From: Heptranchias perlo
Taxonomy: Eukaryota
Reading direction: 5' to 3'
NCBI RefSeq assembly: GCF_035084215.1
Contig: NC_090325.1
Coordinates: 105,648,001-105,712,000 of the forward strand
Length of the DNA stretch: 64,000 bases
The notes beneath the pieces were generated by a model. The model ran no database searches. It saw only the letters and a list, made by a program, of their open reading frames with translations, and had not been told where the DNA came from. The position numbers and the translations under genes were made by a program. Shown here in pieces: positions 51,455 through 64,000 of this stretch (within the stretch, counting starts at the first letter, position 1; each line of letters begins with the position of its first letter).

Positions 51455-51652
51455 TTTCTGATTTGCCTCCCTATAGCCCTCCACCTCTCCACCGCCTTCT
51501 CAACCTTTAAACCCACCCCTTTGGTCACCCCTCCTAATATCTCTTTCTTTAGCTTAGTGTCCATTTTTGTCCGATTACGCCTCTCAGGAGCACCTTAGGT
51601 CATCTTTCTACGTTAAATAATAATGATCATATAAGTGCAAGTTGCTATTGTT
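51455..51652 (+). mobile_element. L2 LINE 3' end (degenerate)
   Basis: CTCCACCTCTCCACC...TTGGTCACCCCTCCTAATATCTC...TGCAAGTTGCTATTGTTG. Confidence 0.7.
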
Positions 51653-51749
51653 GAGTTTGCACTGGTGAGCTGGCGAGGAGCCTCATCCATCAGTAATGCA
51701 AACTCGAAAAATCCGCCCTCTAAAGCCAGGCTCAATGAGTCCAGCTGCT

Positions 51750-52080
51750 ATCTGAGCCACATGGACCAAAATCCTAGTCTGTGCTGAGTTAGCTAGAGGA
51801 GTGGGAGGGGAAAATTAGTCAGCTTCTTGCTGTCAATCAGATTCCGGGAATCCTTGCTAGAAAGTGTGTGTATATGGATGCCAGACGAGGACAGGAATAG
51901 ACTCGGATATCATATCCCCTGCAGTCGAATAGCCTACAGATGCTCAGTGTCAAGGCTCATGTATGAATAACTGTTACTTGGGTGAGACAACAGAGAGCAT
52001 CCAACATACATAGTGCCATAATAACAATTGAGTCAATAGGAAAGGAGTGGAGGAGAGAAAATCAGAAAGAAAAAAAACGG
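51750..52080 (+). mobile_element. SINE family B copy
   Basis: GTCTGTGCTGAGTTAGCT...GAGGACAGGA...GTCGAATAGCCT...CAAGGCTCAT. Confidence 0.7.
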
Positions 52081-52699
52081 GAATAATTTTGCTGTGATGC
52101 TGGCAGAGCTTGGGTATGATGCATGGGAAAATTCAGCTGGTCAATCAATTAATAGAAATAAGTCTAAGAAGATAAAGCACACCAAAACAAAAAATGACAA
52201 AACCTGTCCTGTCCGCAAACTTCGAATTCCATTCAGATATGATCTTTATTTAACTGCTGAATAGCCATGGTTTTGAAAATGACATTCAATATTATGAAAA
52301 CAGTATTTCTTTCCTTCAGACCACTATAATGAAAGCTAAAGCAGCCATATCCGTCACACATAGCTGACAGAATGAATATAAACACAGAAAACTTGAAATG
52401 CAGGTGCCAAGCGTTTTAACCACAAATCAGTCCAAAGCATACCAGGTGAAAATGGGACCAAAAGCAAGCAAAAAAAGAACGGAGAAAGCCTTTCGCACCT
52501 GAACTGTTGTATTTTTTTTCTAATTTTAAAGCACCCAAGATCTGTGTTACTCAGTACAAATAAAGTGGGGTTGACGGGGATTTGCTAACAGCAATTATAA
52601 TTTGAAGATTTTATGCTGTGAAGCTATGATACACTACTTTATTTAGTGCTCTCACTCTACCTACGGTAACTTTGCAAAAAGGCCTGCTCACGTCAGCCT

Positions 52700-53622
52700 C
52701 TGGTGATGGCTGCCACCTGCTCCTGTGTATGACCAGTCTCCAGCCACTGCGTCACTCACTGTGAAGTACAATCTCTTTGGTTGTGACACATAACCTTTTG
52801 GAACCCCCTTCCCTATGAATCTCACCCTGACAAAACACTGTTATTCATTGTCAAAGGCCACATCTCTGCACTTATTTTTGGAATTAAGGCACACAGTGAG
52901 CAGTGCAGCGTAATAATGCGATTGCTGATCTTTAACATCATTCCCTTCATGTTCTGCATATTCCTAGAATTGTGCAAAACGGTGGCACAAATTAGGTCAC
53001 TTATAAGCTGCTGCTTATAACTCCCAGAACTGCACATTGTGCCTGCCGCAGATGGTGATGTGCCTCCTCCTCAGATGTACTGTTGAATAGATCCATTGCT
53101 TCCCCCATCCTGATGATGTCAGTTTGAGGGGTTCTAAAATGTAGGTAAATATGTCTGAACACAAGAATTCCCAGTGTGAACAAAGAAATCTCAGTCTAAA
53201 CACAAAGAACTCCCAGCCAGGGAGGTGAGAGAACTGAGTACCGAGCTGCAAAATCTCACCTTTTATTCACAAGCGTCAATCACTGGTTTAAAGGTCCAAA
53301 TGAGGGTCGGCTGCAACTCGCCTCCGTTTCCGTGGCGTGTTTCAGAGGCCACGGGAGACACGTTCAGGAGAAGTTAAACTCGTTTGTGTAACTCAATACA
53401 CAAAAAGTTAATCGCCTTAAGTGATTTAATGCCTAAATTGGCCCTTTAAATATCGGCCTGCCAGGAACTTCCGGGTGTCAGAAGCGCGAGCATCCTAACG
53501 TGTCGGGGTCAATCCTGGAAGTGGGCGTGTTGGAGCTGAGATGCGGTCCCATTCCGAAAACTTAGTATTTTCACTGCCCGCCCACCCCTAACCTATCAGT
53601 TCTTGGGGTTAAAATTTATCTC
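52700..53622. mobile_element. Truncated Harbinger element related to 4721-6772 (right end plus transposase N-terminus on the minus strand)
   Basis: MGEAMDLFNSTSEEEAHHHLRQ resembles MGAAVAAVMTSSEGERHHQPRR; terminal GGAAGTGGGCGTGTTGGAGC...GGGGTTAAAATTTATCTC parallels 6666-6772. Left boundary uncertain. Confidence 0.72.
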
Positions 53623-55453
53623 ATGATATAACTCGCAAGTAAGGCTGTCCCCAAATGATCAAACATTAAAATTCTAATTCACGGAGACCCACTCAGCAAT
53701 CGGGAGGATTAATTCAAAACAAACTGATTAATCGGTTCATCGCTGAGTGCATAGATTTTTACATAAGTGGTAAACCAAAGCAAGCGGAAAATATCCAACC
53801 GATTTCTGGCTGTTTTGTTGCACGGTAAGAGCACTTGTCAGATCCCCTGACTCAGAATCACTGAACAAAACTCTGAACATTTCTCTTCTTATCTACATAC
53901 AGCAACTGAGTTTCACTCCTTACACCACTAACATTTTCAAAGTGGCCAAGCTGGTGAAACAGAATGGTCGTAGCTATGAAAAGGCAGCTGGTCAAACTAG
54001 CCAAATGTGTTTACCTCTTTTAATGGGGTAAAAAATAATAAAACACAATTTGAACTCTAGAAATAGTGTGGAATCATGACTAAATGGGAGGGAGAATTCC
54101 ATCTTAATTTCCAAAGTGCATATTACAGAGGGATGGAAATCGGTGTGCGTGCAGCCATTTCTCGGGCATAAAACAGGCCCAAAGAATGCCAATTTGGCAG
54201 TGGGGTGGTCTGCCACCAATCTGCGCAGGCGTTGTTTGCACTGCTAAATTCGTGCAGCCCATTTTTTAGGCCTCTTGGTTCAGTCTCGCGCAGCCCCAAG
54301 TCTGACTCCGAAAAAGGGCCCAGACTGATTTCTATACCAGAGAGCCTTGAGAGAAATGGATCCTCTTCTCAACATCCTTTATTAAGCACGTTAAAGAAAC
54401 ACTCCAGAACAATATGGGCGAGAGTACTAACGAGGAGAAATTTTTGAATCAATCTTAATTAGGCTAATCGTGATTTTTTTATTCTTTCCAAATTTGTTTG
54501 GTTCAGGTAAATTTGGACTTTGGACGTCACCATTTCAGAATTCCGGTTCAGCAATCCAAAGAATGTTATTCCAAGTGAGATCTCGTTATTTGAAGAACCA
54601 AAGTACAATATTTTGAATGTGCCATATGTCTCCCTGATTAATAAAAATCCTGTGGTTCAATGGGTTAAGAGCCAGTCTCACCAGTGGCAGCTCTAAATGA
54701 ACCCGATTTAATGGGTGTTGCATTTCTCATGGCTTCTTATTTCAGGAAGGAGGGCCACCATGGAAGAGAGCATCCACTAGATCCATTACTCAGAGCTAAA
54801 ATTAGAAAGCCCAGATGGGCAAACCCTATGCAATTCATTACATGAAATCTTCACATGTAAATCACTGGGTTGAGGAAACGAGTAAAAGCCCAATACACTT
54901 GGTCTGATTACAGGACTAATGCAAGGTATTTCAACAGGTACACTTCATTTGGATCACTTGTGATCAAAGTCCTGACACTCTATTACCTATCAGTTTGTGT
55001 GGAGTATGATGGCTACAGCTTGAGTGCTGGATTCCAGCAGGAACTTCAAGTTTATTTTTAGAGCCAATAGCTCAAAGGCCACGGGACTTTGCTACAAAAT
55101 ACGCCTGATGACAGGCGATTCCGTTCATTAGCTTTCTCCACAGAAGCCACTGCGACGTCGCCAGAACTGGCTCGCCATTTCAAAAATGGTTACAATTTAC
55201 CGATGATTTCAAAAATCACACTATGTCTAGTTAAGTAATGAGTCATTGTTACTGTTTAAGGACATTCATTATCACATACCAGATAAATTAGTGAAAGTGG
55301 ATATTTATTTGGTAGCAGTGCTCGCTGGGAACTGCTAAAATAATTCTTGCAGTGCGGCACAGTAGTGGGGTTTTTATCAGAAAGAAAGGTTCCTATCAGG
55401 TAGACTGCTTCTGTGAGATTGTGCAAAAAACACTTTGCAACTGAGGCTTGTTA

Positions 55454-55928
55454 ACTGATACCAAAATTGAGAGGTTATAACGATCAGAAAGGACTGAACA
55501 GGCTGGGGCGCTTTTCTCTAGAGAAGAGAAGGCTGAGGGGTGACCATAAAGAGGTCTTTAAAATTATGAAGGAGTTTGATAGGGTAGACATAGAGAAAAT
55601 GTTTCCACTTGTGGGGGAGTCCAAAACTAAAGGCCATAATTATAAGATAGTTACTAATAAATCCAATAAAGAATTCAGCAGAAACATCTTTACTCAAAGA
55701 ATGGTGAGAATGTGGAACTTGCTACCACATGGACTAGTTGAGGCAAATAGTATAGATGCATTTAAGGGGAAACTGAATAAGTACATGAGGAAGAAAGGAA
55801 TAGAAGGATATGCTGATAGGGTTAGATGAAGTAAGGTGGGAGGAGGCTCGGGTGGAACATAAACACCGGCATAGAAGAGTTGGGCTGAAAGGTCTGTTTC
55901 TATGCTGTAAATTCTAGGTAATTCTATG
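55454..55928 (+). mobile_element. CR1 LINE 3' fragment
   Basis: ORF 55467-55829 LNRLGRFSLEKRRLRGD...KTKGHNYKI...FTQRMVRMWNLLP. Confidence 0.92.
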
Positions 55929-56440
55929 TTTCCATTCAGAAGTCTCAGAAAATGTTTAGGAATTCCAGTGGCAATTCTCAGCTGCTCTGGGATGGTTTCT
56001 GTGCAAAACAAAAAGTTTAATTGAACTATTGCTTGGCAAGAAATTAGTGAATGCGTTGAATTTGTTAATTAACTGCTTTCACTACAATTTACTTCTGCCT
56101 CTCAGTTGAAGCTTCTGCAGTAACTGGAGGTATAATCGTTCCATAATATCATCAACCCCTTTCATTTTGCAATGTAATTTTGCAGTGAACATTTCACTTT
56201 GTGCCAGCGCACTGGCAATTTAAAATCCCACCATTTCGCTCAGTAATGTTTTCTCATTAGTGAGAAATCCAAAAGAGCACATCCCTGCAGTGCAAAACAT
56301 TTGTGAAAACCCCTGGCACAGAAAGCTTGAAGATTTTTGGGCTGCAATGAAATGCACAGTCACTGAGACAGATCACTCACTGGTCAGAATCTGTCCCAGT
56401 CACATGTTTGCAGGGCTTCCAGATATTACAGGAAACTCTT

Positions 56441-56579
56441 GGGGGTAATTTTGACTTTGTGCGATAGTGTAAAATGGGCAATAGCGAATCGGCACCCCGT
56501 TTTACATCTCTCTTTAGATGTAAGCTGCCGATTCGCTATCACCCATTTTACACTATTGCACAAAGGCAAAATTTCCCCC
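56441..56579. mobile_element. Near-perfect hairpin MITE (Harbinger-type)
   Basis: GGGGGTAATTTTGACTTTGTGCGATAGTGTAAAATGGG...CCCATTTTACACTATTGCACAAAGGCAAAATTTCCCCC. Confidence 0.85.
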
Positions 56580-59500
56580 ACTGTGTGTACAGGAAAACAT
56601 TCTTTAAAAATTTTAATCGGGACATCTGCAGCATTCCCCACCTCTGCCCCCCTCCCCAAAAGCTGGTCCTGATGAGTTCTATCTTGACGGATATGAATGG
56701 TCCATTGCCACAGCAATGGCCGTGTGTAGGGTCCCAATTGTTTTACAGTATGAAAAAAATGTGAAAATCTATCAACCAGGCAGAGCTTATTTATTATTTA
56801 TCAAAATAGGAGCGCGACTGCAACGTCAAGATTTTTCAGCTCAATTTTGACAGCAGACAGGAAGATGTTTTAAATCATACAGGAATATTTTGGTAAATGA
56901 CTGATCCGAAGCTGGAACCCCTGGCTTCTTTGAATTCCAGTTCTGTTCATTTTAAATGTACATGTTGGTGTGGCAGGAGACTACACAATGTCAGTGTATC
57001 CATACCACAACAACCTCTGCCCTTAAAAAGTGCACTTTTCATGTTTAAAAGGTTTGCCTCTACAAAATGATGTAAAAATGTGAATTTGTAACATACACAA
57101 AGCAATCTATAATTTACGGTTACACAACTGTAAAATATGAAACTGTTTACGACAGTCAAACATTTGATTAATCTTTGCTCTCTCAGCTCTTACATCAAAC
57201 CGTTCCTCTGAAACTCAGATTAATTCCCTGCTGCCTTGCTTCAACTAGCGCAGAAATAGTGTTTTGACAAATTATGTCACTCAGCTAGAATTTTGGGTGT
57301 GAAACTTCTTATCGTTGCCAGTCTCTTTGAGATCCAATTTGAAATTACTTCATATATCGCCACTATAGCACAGCCACCAGCTTTCTTCCGAGAGACCTAT
57401 AAAGTTTACAGGCTCGTGACTGAGTCCAATATTGACACCATGTTGCCAGAAGCTGTTAGGCCAGAGGGAAAATGCTTTAAACTTAACACCTGTCACTGAC
57501 AGCTCCCCCACTCGCTGGAGTTTAGTGAGAACAGAGGGGGAAGAAGGAGTCCTCGCTGCCAAATTACCAACACTTTAAAACAGCAAAAACATTTCAGTTT
57601 CTCTTGTAATCTATTAGCAGCAAGGTCTTAAAATGATGTAACTTCCACGATTACGGCTTCTGCAGCAGCACACTGTTTACAACAGCGGTGGGAAACTGCA
57701 CCAGAAGTTTGTTTTGAAAAGCAAGCATTAAAAAGGGAGGCTTTGAAAGTAGGACGAAGTTTGTGCGAGTTATACCCCATTCAGGTTGTTTTCATTCACT
57801 CCCGGAGTTTTTCTTTTATTCTTTTGGAAGACTGCAACGTTCTCAGCCATTAGTGGAGCCCAGCTGCAGACAGACTTAGCCATGCTAATCCAGTCAGTTC
57901 CCGCCTGACACATCAGCGCAAGACCCGGGGCTCACTATAATAGCCAGAGAGGACGCGGCCACTCCAAACTCATAGCGACTAATAGGGACGGTTACTTCAG
58001 ACAAAAAAAATAATCTGAAAGGAGGGGACTGAACATTTACAGACTTAAAAAAAAAAGTCAATTAACCAAATTGGAGAAATAGGTCTTGAATATCTTTTTC
58101 CAAGAGAGGAGAAATTCGTTTTCCTATTGAGACAACTTTTTTTTTGATCTACCATGCTTGTTAGAGACTTACTTTCATTACATCGCCCTAAGTAGAAGCA
58201 ATGTATTTTAATGTGGAGTCTGAATAAACAAAGCCTCTTTTAAAAATTCAAACAGTTACGAGGAATTATTAACTCGCAACATTCTTGTCTTTATTTCAGC
58301 CCTTTTTGTTTAATTTTTTTCAAAAGAATATTAAACTTAAAGTGCTGAGGCGACGGAAGTTGGGAGTGGCAATCAACCACTCCAAAAGGGCACACATGAG
58401 ACCTATATCAGGCCAATGAAAAATGGCACAAAAATCTTGTATGATCCTCTCAAAGAATGGAAGAGCTACCTTGTAAAGGAATCGATTATTTTTGTTCTCT
58501 GCACTGATGGGGCCTTCTATAGGCCCCAAACATAATCTATTATTGCTCACTGGGCCTATTGAGGATGAGCTGGGCAGAAGCCCAGGCATGCCCCCAGCCA
58601 TGCTCTCAAAGTCATTACTTAGCTTAAGAAGTGCCCAGCTCCCGTCCAATGGGCAATTTGTGGGGGAACTTAAGTAGGGCAGAAATCCGGTGGAACCGGT
58701 CCCACCACTAATTGCAGCCCACCCCCACTCCGCAAGAACTGCACTGGAGGTCTGCCCCCCTACTGGCCAAAATTTCTAGCCTCAAGAGTCAGGTGAGTGC
58801 ATGGCATTATTCCCCAAGTTCAGTTAACACCTCAGCAGAGATAGGAAGAAAGAAAAGCAAATTAACCATACCACTGATCAGGATTTTTTTCTGTATGAAT
58901 GCTGCTTTACCTTTGTCTCATCTACATAGAATGAATTAATTTTGGGGCACTACAACTTTAACCAATGCATTTGGACTTGATGAGAATGCAGTATCTGTGT
59001 GGTCTCCTCGAGCTGTCAGCTACTAAGCAAATAAATGTTAACTGTTATTGAGGTCCCAAGGTGTGCTGAGCCCTAAGGTCCCTACTACATCTACAAAGCG
59101 ATTGCTCTAATTTTGAACTGAGAGAAGATTGTAGAGCTGATCTGGTGCTCCAGCAGATGGGAATACTTGAACTATCCACCTGCAAATACCAGATTGCACT
59201 TAACACCACCAGGGGTTCTTGCTCCTAACATTTTATTAACTTCAGCGTAGCTAAAAGCATACCTGCCATTCAGGTCATTGAGAAAGTGACCACTTGGGAT
59301 TGAAGTGAGGAATGACATGACTCTTTCAGCGATAAAAAAAATCATAATTTACAAGAAGCTGTCAAGTTTGTGGGCTTAGCAACCTCGGCAAACTGCTGCA
59401 CAGCATTCGTCATGGCAACTGGATCACCATCACATTAGCACCTGGGCTGCCTCTCTGCTGACGGTATAGGTGTTCACCATTTGTATCCCCTCGTCTGGGT

Positions 59501-59841
59501 GGCTGGTCTCCTGAATGCTTTCTGCGTTTCTGCAGCACGCTGTGATCATTCTCCTCTGAAGCGGCTTTCTACCTCAGAACTGTGGCATTAATCTTGTGCT
59601 GGCAGCCTGGCCCCTTGCCACGGGAGTCGAGCGCAGCTACACCGTTCAACAGCAATCCCTGCTTACCAGCACATCCCACTGCCAATGAAGACATAAATCA
59701 GGTTCAGCACTTCCTCAGCCGCTCAAAACGTACCCACTGTTTTCTCTATTCATGCCTTCGGCAAATCCTCAAGTTAACAAATATTACTGCTCGCTACGTG
59801 GAGTCCACTACATAAATACAGTGAGCCCATGTACTTACAGA

Positions 59842-59940
59842 CTCAGTGTCAAATTTGGTTTGATAATCGCTCCTGAAAAGCGCCTTGGGACGTTTCACTA
59901 CGTTAAAGGCGCTACATAAATGCAAGTTGTTGTAGTTGTT
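59842..59940 (+). mobile_element. L2 LINE 3' tail
   Basis: CTCAGTGTCAAATTT...AAGCGCCTTGGGACG...AAATGCAAGTTGTTG. Confidence 0.82.
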
Positions 59941-60424
59941 GGTCTCTATCAGGGAGAGAGCTGTAAACAAAGTTAAGTTATGTTAGAAGTAATGTATGAG
60001 TGTACAGAGGTTAGAGTCCCTTCTGAAATGTTAGCTCAATTGCTTTATTCTAATTGAATAATGCCTCTTTTTACTTCATTGTTGCGGTGCTCATTACACA
60101 GAAATATCCAATGGTCATCCTTTCACATGAAACAGAACTTAATTAGGGCTTTAAGGGGCCAGTCTAGGAGCTATGTCCCTGTGAAAACTAAGATAGTAAT
60201 TGCTGTGATTTACATTTTGTTTGATTACAATCTGTAGATGTTGTTAGTGTTTTGTTTTGTACATTCTGTACAAAATCAAGGTTCATACAATAAATTATTC
60301 ACAGCCTTTCTCTGTGGTTTTCTTTCTTCCTCCTTGTTTGTGACGAAACAATTAAAGGAGGAGGGAAGACTGGGAGAATTTTCTCAATATGAAGTACTCC
60401 GATGTATTTAAAATACTGCAGTAC

Positions 60425-60620
60425 ACGGTTAGCTGCTCTCAACTGGGGTGTCACAATTGGTCTCGGTGCCCCTTAACTAGAGAGGAAGAGTCATCAGCAA
60501 AATGAGTTTGTGTGAACATCAGTTGGAGAGACGGACCAGTCTCAGACGTGACGCCCTCAAAGTAGAATAGGCTGCCGAAACAGCGTAGCTAAAATGCTGC
60601 CTAGGCTTACACATAAAAAA
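60425..60620 (+). mobile_element. Degenerate SINE family B fragment
   Basis: GTTAGCTG...ACAATTGGTCTCGGTGCCCC...GAATAGGCTGCC...CTAGGCTTACACAT. Confidence 0.5.
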
Positions 60621-62944
60621 TAGGCACTTGGCTGATATACCAGTGCACCCCGGTGCCTGTGAAACTGTACGGGGAAAGCTTTACAGATTCCCGCTTCAAA
60701 CAAGAAGCCTCGCCTTTCAGGGCACATACTGTGAAAACGGGCTCGTGTTCGCCACAATTTTTCATCCCTGCCAGGAGTGTGATTCTGTAAAATTACCTCT
60801 TATAAGTCTGTCCCTTTAGGAGAGGAAGGGAGATAAAGAAAAAAGGCAACCATGATGCAAGAAGCATGGCACAAAATATGAATTCACACCAGAATAAAAA
60901 AAAGTGGGAAATTCGGAACTGTGGCAAATGATCTATGTGTCTGCAGATTACAGCTTAGAATGTAGCATTCATCAGTACTCCTGAATTCTTGAGTCGTTTT
61001 ATCAAAATGTAGCTTTAAATGTCTTCCTCTGTACTTTTCCTGTGTGCTGCCAAAAACTAAATACAGTTATAAAGTATGGAAATATTTCCATCATGGAGCT
61101 ATTTTGCTGACAGTAAATACCAGTCAGTCTTAGAGCTGACAGTGTTTACCAGTATTTATTTAGCTGACAGTAATAGTTAATTTATACTGCAAAGTAGGAC
61201 TTTTCCCAGCCTACGCCCACCCATTGCTCCTGAGTCAGGAGCGCTCATATCCGTCAAAAGAGAATTAAGTTGGACTGGCAGTGATACGGGGCTGTCCCCA
61301 TATAGAGCAGACTTTTAGCACCCAAGAACCCGGGAGCCTTGAAACATCAGCAGAAACTTAGCACTCCTTGAAAAGTGCGAGGGAATAAATCCTGAAAAAC
61401 ATTGTGGAATTATTTTGAAAATCTTGGATGTGAAATGGACAGAAAATCACAACAGACCGTTTTATTAAGATCTGGTTTATTTTATCAAAAAAGAAGTGAT
61501 CTGAACAGGGAAAGGAAGTGCACTAAAATCCAGGTCTCCTAGAAACAAGAGCTAGATAGTAATTTGATCTTATCAGATATTCTGTTAAGTTGGCTCTGCG
61601 ATTGTTATATAGAAGAGATAAAGGAGCACAAGTCATCAGCATGCACAATGCAAGCATTGAGGCTAAAAAAAATCATCGGAAAACTCAGCAGCACTCAAAG
61701 CAGAAACCCCACTACTACAGGCTGGACTAACCACAGTCCAGATGGTGTACTGCTCCACACTCGAGAGACTGAGCAAAGAACACATCAAAGCAGGCAAAGA
61801 TCATATTGACATCTGTTCAGACATGTCAATAACACTCACAACACATTCAGTAATGACCCTCAGATAGTTAGAGAAGAGTGAATTAGTGATGCCTATATAG
61901 CAATTGTCCCGAGAGACTTGATTGGGATGGGGTGTATCACAGCTACTTGAGATCTACAGCTGAATCACCTTTTTTTTTCTCCCTTGCTACCTTCTTCAGG
62001 TCAGCTATTAGAGGCAAACTCTTTTTTAAAAAACCCATTGCCATCAACATGGTCCAGTAAGCAACCTGCTCCACCAACACACAAATACAAAAGGCACACA
62101 CAGGCCTTATTACACAGCCCAGGCATTTCACTTGGGGTGGGGGCGGGGGGGGGAGGAGGAGGAGGAGGAAAAGCACGGGGCAGAGAACTGACAGTCATGA
62201 ATTTCAACAACTTACTCTCCTGTCCCCGTCACGTCTGGCTGATGACTCTGTGCGTGAAAGCATTTGAAAGGAAACAATAGCTGAGCTGACTGTTTGGTTA
62301 AAGAGATGTTAACAGACGAGGCTTTTGTGCGACCTGCTAAACACTTGTGATCATCTATCTCCTCCGTGCACCGGGGCTGCTTTGGAGAACGTGCACCCGT
62401 GCAAGTGGGCCAAGAGCACAAGGTGCCCGTTATTTTGCTTCACGCGAGCGCTGCTGCTTTGAGGGAAAGAAGAAATAAGACAGTGATGTGGATGCGTAAA
62501 CCAGGCACACCAAGTGAAGCTCATCTTTACATCAGTGGTTCAAAAACTGGCTACAAATATTGCCAGCTTCCAGAAAGCATATCAACCACAAGGAGGTGTA
62601 TGTCTCTGACTGAACCACACAGGCTGAATTGAAAGAATTATCTTTGGGATGAAATTATGTTGTGCAATATTAAGTATACTAAGGAATTTTACATGAACAC
62701 ATTAACCATTTCGATGCTAGTATTTGTACAGCGTGATTTCACCCCATTTTTTTAATAATCGTTTTGGTAAATTTTGTGTTCATCGAGGTAAGAACATTTT
62801 GAGCTGGGATTAGGGAACACTTGCCCTTTTCAGACACCCAAAAGTTGGGGGGGCGGGGAAAGAGAACAGGGGAGGCTGAAATTCCTCTCATTGAAAACTT
62901 TAGTGAAAATGTCAGCATGAGTACAAAATGGCAAATTCTGTTTT

Positions 62945-62958
62945 GTTGTCATGGCAAC
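62945..62958. promoter_or_regulatory. RFX X-box-like palindrome GTTGTCATGGCAAC
   Basis: Matches the consensus GTNRCCATGGYAAC with one mismatch; function unproven. Confidence 0.4.
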
Positions 62959-64000
62959 TTTTTGTTATATTTCCTTGACAAGAGGAATGTCAACCTTCAC
63001 ATCCCCCACTCCGTGTCAACATGAAGCACTCCTCGGGTCATACATTCCGTCATTTCGGAAAAAGAGTTAATAACCCCATTCTTTGTGGGATTTAACGACC
63101 GCCAATCAAAATGGCGCATGCACTCAACTTTCCTGCCAGTGATTTTGTGAAATTCGAATTCACCAGCAAGGACAAGAGAAAACCTGCCAATCACAATGTA
63201 CTTGTAATAGGCCTGCTTTTACGCCCCTGAAGCAACTGAATAGCCACTTAACAGGTACAAGTGACCAAAAGCTTAATAATCCAGCCGTGGCATGTGCAAT
63301 ACTGGTGCTTAATGGCCCCAACAAAATGGAGAAAATGCAGATTTCCCCATAATACCCTCCAAGTAATAGAGCTGCCTTTTTCTCATCATCACTGATCTTC
63401 CTCCTGCTTCACTGATTTATCTAATTCAGCAATCCTTGCTCATGCGTGTACTGTACTGAGGCATGCAACCTTTAAAGACATTTAAACTCAGTCTGGCCAA
63501 GTTTCAACTGTTCACGGAGCATGCTTTACTCATTTACCACTAAACTGCGTGCAAGCTCTTTCCGCATAGGCATGTAGGGCTAGGCTTTCCATGCCCCCTT
63601 GATTGGGGTGCCCCCGATCTCAATTGACTTTCTGACCATGGGGCTGTTATCATGTTTAAGACAGGCTCCCTGGCTTTAGTCAGTGAGCCCCAATGGAAAA
63701 GAGGGCGGAGCTTTGATGTGGTAATCCTCAGCGGCCTGCCACAGCCTCTGTGCTGCTTGGCACTTTTTTTTCAGACAAATTTCAGAGCCTCTTCTTGGGC
63801 CTGTGCATGGAAGCACTCTTTAAAATCGTGCCCAGGCTCTGACTGTAAGTAGACTTTTTACCCCAGCCCCTGCTTCTGCCGACAATAGATGCCGGACATC
63901 TTGGTGGCCCCTGAATCCAGTGTTCGAAAATGACGGGAAGCATTTTGTGGCTGTGCGTCCCTCACTGTAATGCCGTTTTCACCTGTGTTTTCACTGTGTC

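Noticed and set aside
54129-58761. Further MITE-like ends (GGGATGGAAATCGG at ~54130; AAATTTCTAGCC at ~58770-58781)
   Set aside because: Only one TIR-like end could be located for each, so boundaries are unsupported.
1-64000. Fanzor/TnpB, RAG-like, viral or prokaryotic systems
   Set aside because: No ORF or remnant with RuvC, RAG/Transib, integrase, capsid or bacterial signatures was recognised; all recognisable coding remnants are CR1, L2 or Harbinger.

Overview
Eukaryotic, repeat-dense, essentially non-coding DNA. The repeat repertoire (CR1 and L2 LINE 3' ends, SacSINE1/AmnSINE1-like DeuSINEs, GC-rich PIF/Harbinger elements) points to a cartilaginous fish (inference), probably a large intron or intergenic region. 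No intact host gene is visible; there are only a few weak minus-strand exon candidates. The dominant structure is a PIF/Harbinger transposon community: (i) a ~4 kb near full-length element (40694-44670, TIRs plus AGT TSD) with a decayed HARBI1-type DDE transposase and a convergent 3-exon Myb/SANT gene, (ii) a young 2 kb deletion derivative (4721-6772, AAT TSD), (iii) a derivative whose centre is replaced by a CR1 fragment (49561-51217), (iv) a truncated copy, and (v) at least 8 MITEs with related TIRs. Reconstructed insertion sites resemble the flanks of the zebrafish Harbinger3_DR target consensus but have AT-rich TSDs. No prokaryotic systems, CRISPR arrays or genuine rRNA/tRNA genes were found. 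Family names come from recalled motifs, not database searches, and many repeat boundaries are approximate.
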